A model generated the notes under the pieces. That model made no database searches and was not told where the DNA came from. It was given only the letters and a program-made list of their open reading frames with translations. The translations under genes and the position numbers were made by a program. From a virus: a stretch of 35,106 nt of DNA. The stretch lies in IMG/VR virus record IMGVR_UViG_3300027909_000015. One strand, given 5' to 3'. Every line of letters begins with the position of its first letter. The first letter of the stretch is position 1. Of the stretch, positions 24,159-30,656 are shown piece by piece.

Positions 24159-24598
24159 CCTTTCTCCACGTAATCGGCGGCGCGACGTAGGGCGCGCACA
24201 TTGTCCCTGAAACTCCCCAGCCCTTGATTACAACCAGAGCAGAGGAGCCCGCGCACCTTCCCAGTTTTGTGGTCGTGATCGAGATGCGTTCCAGCGCCAA
24301 GCGCCTGCAAGACGTTGCCGCAAAGGGCGCAACATTCGCCCTGCTTCTCAAATAGGGCGTGGTACTGATCGAGCGTCACCCCATAAACCCGCGCCAGCCA
24401 TCCGAACTTGCGATTGGCCGTCACGGCTTCGGGATTGTCTTTCTCCCACTTGCGGCAGGCCGCGATATGGCGTTCGGGATACTTTTCCCGCCACGTTTTC
24501 TTGCGGGCAGAGGAACACGTCCGGCAGGTACGCTGCCCGCTGGTGGGATAGGTGTACCAATTGCTATGTCCGTTCTGGCATATCACTTGTTTAGTCAT
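24155..24598 (-). CDS. Recombination endonuclease VII family nuclease (free-standing homing-type), 147 aa
   Basis: In the frame of track ORF 24155-24634, starting at ATG 24598. It carries the signature HLDHDHKTGKVRGLLCSGCNQGLG. Confidence 0.8.
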   Translation of the reverse strand: MTKQVICQNGHSNWYTYPTSGQRTCRTCSSARKKTWREKYPERHIAACRKWEKDNPEAVTANRKFGWLARVYGVTLDQYHALFEKQGECCALCGNVLQALGAGTHLDHDHKTGKVRGLLCSGCNQGLGSFRDNVRALRRAADYVEKG

Positions 24599-24648
24599 CG
24601 CCACGCCCAGACATGATCGGTCGAGACAAGACACACCCCCACTCTCAC
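24595..24648 (-). pseudogene. 17-codon remnant or leader copy of the glycosyltransferase N-terminus
   Basis: Its GTG forms a GTGA overlap with the upstream stop, and its TGA forms an ATGA overlap with the Endo VII ATG. By hand count it matches the GT start at 35/51 nt and 13/17 aa. Confidence 0.55.
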
Positions 24649-24974
24649 AGTTTGCCCGCCTTGATGCGGAACAGTTTGTTGTCTGGGTCGTTCAAGAACC
24701 GATGGAGCGCTTTCTGGCGGTCCAATGCCCCGAGCCCCTTCGCGCGCCATTCCTTCAAGAGCCCGAAGTAAATCGGCAGCGGGATACTCGCCACCAGATT
24801 GTCGTTGTCCTTCCACTTCCCGTCCTGCAACGGCGCGAGGTCCTTGTTCTGCTCGATGATCGGCTCCACGTCCACCGCGCTGTCCACGGCGAACCGCCCA
24901 TCGGGCAGCGTGTGAAAGGTCCGCACCCGCCCCGTCAGGGGGTCAGTATCGAGGATCATCGTGGTGTCGCTCAC
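24645..24974 (-). CDS. Hypothetical head-module protein, 109 aa (ATG alternative about 15 nt downstream)
   Basis: C-terminal part of track ORF 24645-25130. GTG 24974 forms a GTGA overlap. Confidence 0.6.
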   Translation of the reverse strand: MSDTTMILDTDPLTGRVRTFHTLPDGRFAVDSAVDVEPIIEQNKDLAPLQDGKWKDNDNLVASIPLPIYFGLLKEWRAKGLGALDRQKALHRFLNDPDNKLFRIKAGKL

Positions 24975-25084
24975 GAATAGCCCTCTTTCTTCCGCTGACG
25001 AAAGCCTTTCGCGGCGACCCGGAGCTGCTGCTTCGGCCTCGGCACTTGGACCTTCACCTTGGGGGCTGGGGGACGTTTCGGCAT
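24971..25084 (-). CDS. Very basic 37-aa micro-protein
   Basis: MPKRPPAPKVKVQVPRPKQQLRVAAKGFRQRKKEGYS, from track ORF 24971-25156. The ATG forms a TGATG junction with the upstream stop. Confidence 0.4.
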   Translation of the reverse strand: MPKRPPAPKVKVQVPRPKQQLRVAAKGFRQRKKEGYS

Positions 25085-25401
25085 CAGGGCCGTTGGACGT
25101 TGAAGACGTACGTCCCCGCCGGGGGCACATTCGCGACGGCGGTGAAGTTGCCCCACTGAATCGCGACGGTGGTCGCGTTCACCACTCTGGCCCCGACGAT
25201 GCCGACATTGGTCGCGAAGGCCGCTGGAGGATTCACGGTCACAAAATCCGTCACCGCCAAGACGAGCGGGGTCCCGGCGCCCGTGGCGTAGCGCTGGAGG
25301 CCCGCCGTCACGTCGTAGGATTCCTCCGACACCCCGACCGCTGCCGCTCGTGCCGATGGCGTGAGGGCGACCCCGAACACGATGGCACCCGCGAAGGCCA
25401 T
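25084..25401 (-). CDS. Hypothetical head-module protein, 105 aa, beta-rich (possible decoration protein)
   Basis: In the frame of track ORF 25084-25611. ATG 25401 lies in a TAATG junction. Confidence 0.55.
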   Translation of the reverse strand: MAFAGAIVFGVALTPSARAAAVGVSEESYDVTAGLQRYATGAGTPLVLAVTDFVTVNPPAAFATNVGIVGARVVNATTVAIQWGNFTAVANVPPAGTYVFNVQRP

Positions 25402-25667
25402 TAGCCCCCCGCTTTCTTGCCCTTCGCGGACACGTTCTTGGGACAGGAGTCCCGGTGCCCTTCGATCAACTCCCGCCCGATCTGGGTCCTGACATGCACT
25501 CCGGTGACCGGGTTGTAGCCCTTGTACGCCCCGCAATACGGGCAGGGGCCGTTGCCTTGCGCTTCTTGTTCTTTCTGCCACGCCGTGTCGGCTTCGACGT
25601 GTTCCTCCCACTCGATGCGCCGCGCTTCTTCCGGCGTGACGACGACATTCGCTTTGGTCTTCGGCAT
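25401..25667 (-). CDS. Small CPYCG protein, 88 aa
   Basis: Track ORF and the first gene after the capsid gene. Confidence 0.6.
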   Translation of the reverse strand: MPKTKANVVVTPEEARRIEWEEHVEADTAWQKEQEAQGNGPCPYCGAYKGYNPVTGVHVRTQIGRELIEGHRDSCPKNVSAKGKKAGG

Positions 25668-25686
25668 GAACTCCCCCAGGAGGGAG

Positions 25687-25703
25687 GGGGGCTTTGGGCC
25701 CCC
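25687..25703 (-). terminator. GC hairpin (GGGGGC-CCAAA-GCCCCC on the transcript) just downstream of the capsid gene
   Basis: A 6-bp G/C stem lies 32 nt after the MCP stop. There is no U tract. The following CCCTCC could pair with the GGGGGAG ribosome-binding site of the next gene. Confidence 0.3.
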
Positions 25704-25734
25704 GCTCCGCTCCGCTAGAAGGTGTCCCTACTCA

Positions 25735-26709
25735 TCAAGAGGTGAGCAGGTCCGCGAGCAGGCCTTGACTGAAGTCTGTCTTTACCTTCAACCCCCACTC
25801 CGCGAGCAGCATCCGCTTCTCGGCATCGCCGGTCTTGGCCAGCTCCTCCACCCGGAACGGACGGAGGTACACGATGTCGATGTACTCGAAGTCCAGCACC
25901 CACGCATCCCGGTCCCGCTGGAAGCGGTTCGGGACGATCGAATAGGTGCCGAACTCCCCGACGTACACGTCCGCCGAGCCGATGATGGCCGCCGGACGCG
26001 CCGCTTCCTGGAAATACGTCTTGGTCGCGATCCCGGCGAAGCCCGAGAACACCGACTTGTTGAACGGGCCCACCATGATCGTATCAGGCGACCCGCCGTT
26101 CACCCACACGCCCGAGAGCACCACCTTCAAGAGCGCTTCGGTCGCGGCCCGCTGCGTCCCATCGTTGCGGGGGTCGGTGAACAGCAGGGCGTCGGTCGGA
26201 TTCGTCCCCGTGGCGCCCATCGAGACGTTGGTGCCGTCGATGGAGCCGATGGTGGCCCCCATCGTGCCCGTCTTCGGGGCGGTCGTCGAGTTCCCGGCCA
26301 CGGCGCCCACGTTGTCGAGCGCGTTCTTTTCGATGTCGCGTTTGATTTCCGCCGACCGCTTGGTGATCTGGTAGGCGAGTTCCGTCTTCCGGCCTGCGGT
26401 CGAGACGGCGTTGGTCGTCCCGGCGACGATGATGGCTTTCCGGCTGATTTGCGTCCGGTTCCCCATGCGAACGGTCGCGGTGACTGCGTCGAAGGCCGCG
26501 ATGTCATCGCCTTGGAGCTGGGCGTTCGTGGAAACCGCCGCCGCCAACGCGTCGCGCTGCCATTCGTACAGCGTGTTGTCCACCGAATCCCGCCCCGCGT
26601 TCGAGATGAACGGGGTATCCTCAGGACTCAGGTTGTAGATGATGTTCGAGAGTTCTTCTCGGACACCTTTGATGTCGAACACGAGGGTCGTGTTCGCGAT
26701 AATCGTCAT
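25735..26709 (-). CDS. Major capsid protein (HK97-fold family common in podoviruses), 324 aa
   Basis: Track ORF. The N-terminal pattern G.REELSN.IYN.SPEDTPF ... YEWQRD.L and K.ELAYQ..K...E.KRD.E match this MCP family. It follows the scaffold gene and has an AGGAG ribosome-binding site. Confidence 0.85.
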   Translation of the reverse strand: MTIIANTTLVFDIKGVREELSNIIYNLSPEDTPFISNAGRDSVDNTLYEWQRDALAAAVSTNAQLQGDDIAAFDAVTATVRMGNRTQISRKAIIVAGTTNAVSTAGRKTELAYQITKRSAEIKRDIEKNALDNVGAVAGNSTTAPKTGTMGATIGSIDGTNVSMGATGTNPTDALLFTDPRNDGTQRAATEALLKVVLSGVWVNGGSPDTIMVGPFNKSVFSGFAGIATKTYFQEAARPAAIIGSADVYVGEFGTYSIVPNRFQRDRDAWVLDFEYIDIVYLRPFRVEELAKTGDAEKRMLLAEWGLKVKTDFSQGLLADLLTS

Positions 26710-26718
26710 GTTCTGCTC

Positions 26719-27681
26719 CTATTCCAGCAGCGCCTCGATGGCCTTGGAGGCATCCCGCAGCCGGTGCGTCTTGGCGGCCTGCTGAATCAGTTCCTGTTGG
26801 CGTGCATTGGCCGGAGGAGGCGGGGGAGTGGCCCCGGGCTTCGCCGTCCGAATGGCGGGGCTCTTGGCTTTGGCTTGGGCCGAGGGCTCCCGCTGCAATT
26901 GCTTGTACTTCAGGGCATCCCGCAGGAGGAGGATCGTCCGTGAATCCACGACTTGATCCAACTCCTTATCGGTAAACCCGTAGCTCTTGGCATGGGCCCG
27001 CAGTTGCGCGGATTCAGCTTTGGCTTTGTCGGGATCAGCCCAATCGGGCAGGGCGGTTTTGAGCTTGTCCTGTTCCGCGCGGACATAGGCATGGTAGCGT
27101 TTCATTTCGTCGGCCTGCGCTTCCTGCTCGACGCGGCGCTGCTCCGCTTTCAGCCTCTCGGTATGCGCCTTGGTCCGCTCCCACTCGGCCTTTTGCCGCA
27201 AGAACTCGGCGGGGTCCACCTTCGCGTGAAGGGCATCCCAGTCGGGTTCCCCCTGCAACTGCTCGATGGCTGAGACCAGTTGCTTCAAGCCATCCGCGTA
27301 TTGCGTGCGTTCCGCCTGCACGGCCTGGGACTCGGCCTCAAACGTCCGGCGTTCCTCTGCCAAGGCCATCGTCTTGCGCTTGTAGTCTTCGTGCTTCTGG
27401 TATCCTGCCCGGAGTTCATCGAGGTCTACCTGGTGGGTTTCCCCATCCACGGTGACTTCGTAGGTCTGGGCAGAGTCCTCAGACGGCGGGGGCTCGGTGG
27501 CAGCGGGCTCGGAGGGAGTGGGCGCTGGGGGAGTCTCAGCCGGGGCGCCGGGCGTCGGCGCGGGCTCGGTCGCGGGGGCATCTGGGCGAGACTCGTCCGT
27601 CTCGGTGATGAGCCCGGCGATCTTTCCAACAGCTTCCCCAGCGGTGAGGGAACTCGTCGCGCTGGGTTCTGGCTTCGGCAT
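26719..27681 (-). CDS. Scaffolding protein, 320 aa
   Basis: In the frame of track ORF 26719-27864, starting at ATG 27681. It has a Pro/Ala/Thr/Glu-rich N-terminus followed by long charged coiled-coil-like helices, and lies immediately upstream of the MCP. Confidence 0.65.
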   Translation of the reverse strand: MPKPEPSATSSLTAGEAVGKIAGLITETDESRPDAPATEPAPTPGAPAETPPAPTPSEPAATEPPPSEDSAQTYEVTVDGETHQVDLDELRAGYQKHEDYKRKTMALAEERRTFEAESQAVQAERTQYADGLKQLVSAIEQLQGEPDWDALHAKVDPAEFLRQKAEWERTKAHTERLKAEQRRVEQEAQADEMKRYHAYVRAEQDKLKTALPDWADPDKAKAESAQLRAHAKSYGFTDKELDQVVDSRTILLLRDALKYKQLQREPSAQAKAKSPAIRTAKPGATPPPPPANARQQELIQQAAKTHRLRDASKAIEALLE

Positions 27682-27685
27682 GATA

Positions 27686-27931
27686 CTACTCCTGTTCCGA
27701 AAGTGCAAGTTGACGATCCCGGATAGCCCGGAACTCGCGTTGAACGTCCTCGAACGATTGCCATTTTTGCCACAGCGCCTCGCGATCAGCGGAGGTACTG
27801 TTCCTCGCCTTGAACGCCTTGAGCGCCCGTTCCTCCATGCGCTCTTGGACTTCCGCCCACGCATCAGAGGCCAAGAACGCTTCGATGGCTTTGGCGCGGT
27901 GGAGAATCTGCTCGGGGCTCAGTTCAGCCAT
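27686..27931 (-). CDS. Hypothetical helical protein, 81 aa
   Basis: Track ORF. Confidence 0.6.
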   Translation of the reverse strand: MAELSPEQILHRAKAIEAFLASDAWAEVQERMEERALKAFKARNSTSADREALWQKWQSFEDVQREFRAIRDRQLALSEQE

Positions 27932-28473
27932 GTCTCCGCCATCGTGTAGGCGAGTACCAAGTCTTCATCCTCCAAGGCCATCCGCATGAACGTGCGGGTA
28001 TCTTCTTCGGGGTCCGTGGGCGCATCGACGTAGCCCCGGAAGGCGATCCGGGGGCCTCGGACAGTGATGCCGAACGCCCCCTCGTGCAGGTCGTTGACCG
28101 TGAGGTCCAAGGGGACGTGCTGGCGTCTCGGGGGATAGCGATGCACCACCGCCCGCTTGCGGACGCCATGCGGTCTTCCCCCGACTGCCGGAGGCGCGCT
28201 GCTGGGCACCGTGCCGGTAAAGGCGATACTCGGGGTCGGGACGGTAATCGCAAACGTGCTGGTAATCGGGGGCGCGGTGACGGTCCCCGTGAAGGCGATG
28301 GCCGGTTGCCCGACGGTAATCGCGAACGTGCCGGTGACCGGCGGGGCGGTATTGGTCCCCGTGAAGGCGATTTGCGGCTGCGCGACCGTGATCCCAAACG
28401 TCCCCGTGACGTTCGTGGTCGCGAGGACTTGCGCGGCGGACCCGTTATACCAGAACGCGCCGGGGCCCGTCAT
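27919..28473 (-). CDS. Tandem-repeat virion-module protein, 184 aa
   Basis: Track ORF with three 24-aa repeats (TGTFGITVAQPQIAFTGTNTAPPV and variants) plus a degenerate fourth (GAFGITVRGPRIAFRGYVDAP). Confidence 0.65.
   Translation of the reverse strand: MTGPGAFWYNGSAAQVLATTNVTGTFGITVAQPQIAFTGTNTAPPVTGTFAITVGQPAIAFTGTVTAPPITSTFAITVPTPSIAFTGTVPSSAPPAVGGRPHGVRKRAVVHRYPPRRQHVPLDLTVNDLHEGAFGITVRGPRIAFRGYVDAPTDPEEDTRTFMRMALEDEDLVLAYTMAETWLN
28189..28410. repeat. Three tandem 72-bp coding repeats (degenerate fourth copy at 28018-28083)
   Basis: The DNA shows recurring ccccgtgaaggcgat...gacggtaatcgcgaacgtgccggt units. The protein period is 24 aa. Confidence 0.8.
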
Positions 28474-28833
28474 TTAGCTAATCTGCCGAATGGAGGCATC
28501 GAAGGCCCGATCCGTCCCCGCGATCTTCTTGATGGTCATGTCCCACCCGTTCATTAAAATCAGCATCGGCGTGCAGAAAATCTCCGACTGCACCCCTTTC
28601 AGCGTGGCGAGAAAGACGAGCTTCGAGGTCCCGCCCGATTCCACCTTCTCGTAAATCCGAATCGCGTATTCCTCGGTCTTCGTCATGTTCGTCTGGTCAT
28701 CGATCCAGAGCTGGAACACGCCGTCCGTCGTCTGACTCTGCGCCACGTCGTAGGTCGCGTTCCGGGGGATCGAGAGTTCCGTCGTCCCCGAGGGCGTGAC
28801 GTTGTTCAGCGTGAAGGCTTCGGTAATCGCCAT
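28474..28833 (-). CDS. Hypothetical virion-module protein, 119 aa
   Basis: C-terminal part of track ORF 28474-29088. ATG 28833 lies in a TAATG junction. Confidence 0.6.
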   Translation of the reverse strand: MAITEAFTLNNVTPSGTTELSIPRNATYDVAQSQTTDGVFQLWIDDQTNMTKTEEYAIRIYEKVESGGTSKLVFLATLKGVQSEIFCTPMLILMNGWDMTIKKIAGTDRAFDASIRQIS

Positions 28834-29024
28834 TAGGGCTGGCGCTCCAAGAGAAACGACCCCGTCGCGATCCAACGGTGGCCGGTCACGCAAGCAATGG
28901 CCCCGCTCATTTCCATGTGGATGTGTCCCCCCACCGCGCCGTTGCGCGCTCCTTCTTTGGGCTCCACCGTCGCGACGGAGAGCCCGAGGCCACAGATCGG
29001 ACAGGTCAGGATGACGGTGCTCAC
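28833..29024 (-). CDS. Small CPICG protein, 63 aa
   Basis: Track ORF with an ATGA overlap to the upstream gene. Confidence 0.5.
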   Translation of the reverse strand: MSTVILTCPICGLGLSVATVEPKEGARNGAVGGHIHMEMSGAIACVTGHRWIATGSFLLERQP

Positions 29025-29272
29025 AAAATCGACAAGTCGATGTGCAGCACTTGATCGACCTCGATGTTTTCCGCCGCCGCCGCGTCAATCACGGCATCCC
29101 GCACCCGCGTGCGCCAATTCGGGAGCACCGGGATAAACGTGGGCGACGACGCCTCGAACGTCAGGAAGATGTGGCCCGAGGACCCGGTGGTCACCGCCGC
29201 CGTGCCGGTGATTTTGTAGAGATTGTCCTCAATGTCGAGCGCGTAGCACTCCGTCACCATCGCTTTGGCCAT
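29021..29272 (-). CDS. Hypothetical protein, 83 aa
   Basis: Track ORF. Confidence 0.6.
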   Translation of the reverse strand: MAKAMVTECYALDIEDNLYKITGTAAVTTGSSGHIFLTFEASSPTFIPVLPNWRTRVRDAVIDAAAAENIEVDQVLHIDLSIL

Positions 29273-29281
29273 ACGTCCTCC

Positions 29282-30115
29282 TTAGCTGACGGCGTGGATG
29301 ACGCCGTTATAGTTGCCGACATCGTTGACTCCACTGTTCGAGCACCGCATCACCAGGCGCGTCCCGGATGGCACATCCGCAAACGCGGGAAACGTGTTCC
29401 ACGGCCCGTCCATGCGTTCATCCGCCGTCATGTGGTACACGAACGACTGCCCAATTTCGAGTTCGGTCGCCGCGCCGGTCCCGATATCCACGAAATACGC
29501 GAGCGTATTGAGCGTCGTGTCGGTGCCCGCTTGGAAGCTCGGATAGAACGCGAAATGGTTTTCGCTCGTCGAGGCGGTGATTTGCGTCCATGCCCCCTCC
29601 GCCGCCGAGGCCCCCGGCACGATGGTCGTCCCAAACGGCACGGTGCCCATGCCGTAGGTCGTGACCTTCCGGCCGACGCGAAACGGGGGCAGCGCATCCC
29701 CGCCGTAGACGTAAATGACGACGTTGTACGCCGTCGAGAGGCGTTTGCCCGCACCGCGCGCCCAGATTTGCGTGCCGTTCGGGATGTAGAGCGGGAAATG
29801 CCATTGCTTCGGCCCGATGGCGGTGCTCGTGAACCAGCCCGCAAACCCCATCAAGAGATCGGGGATGATGATTTCTTGCGTGGCCGCCCCCGTCGCGATA
29901 TCCATCGCCCCTTGGGAATCGGCGGCGGCGCTCCCGTAGTTCAGGGCATAGATCGATATCCAGTAGACATCGAACGTCGTGGTGAGGAGCGAGACGTAAC
30001 TGCCTTTGGTCGCCTCGGCAGCCCCGGTCGTGACGGCGGTCCCCGGCGTCGCGGCGCCGACGGTCCCGGCATTGTGCTGGACCCGGAGTGGGCCTTTCTG
30101 GGGAACCCAAAGGAT
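29282..30115 (-). CDS. Two-domain (internally duplicated) beta-rich virion-module protein, 277 aa if initiated at ATC 30115 (first canonical start is ATG 29905)
   Basis: Track ORF 29282-29905 has 70 more open sense codons upstream. They are needed to complete repeat 1 (..GSYVSLLTTTFDVYWISIYALNYG....MDIATGAATQEIII..), which parallels repeat 2 (..GAWTQITASTSENHFAFYPSFQAG....VDIGTGAATELEIG..). AGGAGG lies 5 nt upstream of the in-frame ATC. Confidence 0.6.
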   Translation of the reverse strand: MLWVPQKGPLRVQHNAGTVGAATPGTAVTTGAAEATKGSYVSLLTTTFDVYWISIYALNYGSAAADSQGAMDIATGAATQEIIIPDLLMGFAGWFTSTAIGPKQWHFPLYIPNGTQIWARGAGKRLSTAYNVVIYVYGGDALPPFRVGRKVTTYGMGTVPFGTTIVPGASAAEGAWTQITASTSENHFAFYPSFQAGTDTTLNTLAYFVDIGTGAATELEIGQSFVYHMTADERMDGPWNTFPAFADVPSGTRLVMRCSNSGVNDVGNYNGVIHAVS

Positions 30116-30124
30116 GGAAGCCTC

Positions 30125-30529
30125 CTAGGCTGGGAAGGTGATGGTCCCCGCCGAGCACGCGACGTTGGCCCCGGCGGTGATGGACGTGGAGTTCAAAATC
30201 AAATCGGCGGCGGAGGTGCCCACAGACATATCGACCTTCCGCACGCCCGCCGAGGTCGTGAGCGTCGCCCACGTCGCGGTCCCCGTGGCGTCCGCCGAGG
30301 CATCCGCCGTGATGGCGTTCGCGGTCAGAACCCCGGCGGCGGCGGCCCCGAAGGCCGTGGCCGACAAGGGCAGTTCCGCGAGCTTCACCTGTGCCCCGAG
30401 GGCGGTGGCGACGTTCGTGGGCTGCGTCCCGTCGTAGATACGCAGGAAGCCCGAGGCGCCAATCGACGTGTCGATGGCGTCCAGAAAGGTGTTGCGGTCC
30501 GCTTCGAGGAAATGCGGGTTAGTCGCCAT
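30125..30529 (-). CDS. Hypothetical virion-module protein, 134 aa
   Basis: Track ORF. The FLRIYDG.QP ... TGTATWA ... pattern recalls a conserved small protein of unknown function found near portal genes in other phages (recalled from memory, not verified). Confidence 0.6.
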   Translation of the reverse strand: MATNPHFLEADRNTFLDAIDTSIGASGFLRIYDGTQPTNVATALGAQVKLAELPLSATAFGAAAAGVLTANAITADASADATGTATWATLTTSAGVRKVDMSVGTSAADLILNSTSITAGANVACSAGTITFPA

Positions 30530-30656
30530 AGTGATCTTTCAGCACCGCTTTCAGGGCTTCGAGTTTCCGGGGATTCGCGCCGCTCGCTTCGAGTTCCGCG
30601 ATCTCCCGCTCCAACTTCTCCTTGGAAGCCGGGGTCACCGTGCCTTGGAATCCCAT
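30519..30656 (-). CDS. Helical micro-protein, 45 aa
   Basis: Hand translation gives MGFQGTVTPASKEKLEREIAELEASGANPRKLEALKAVLKDHYGD. The ATG directly abuts the portal TAA (TAAATG), and the 3' end overlaps the next ATG by 11 nt. Confidence 0.45.
   Translation of the reverse strand: MGFQGTVTPASKEKLEREIAELEASGANPRKLEALKAVLKDHYGD

Larger units (their letters stand above)
24155..24648 (-). mobile_element. Endo VII gene cassette bounded by a duplicated 51-nt copy of the glycosyltransferase 5' end
   Basis: 24598-24648 and 24108-24158 encode VRVGVCLVSTDHVWAWR and MRVGVCLVSTDLVFAWH respectively. Confidence 0.55.
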
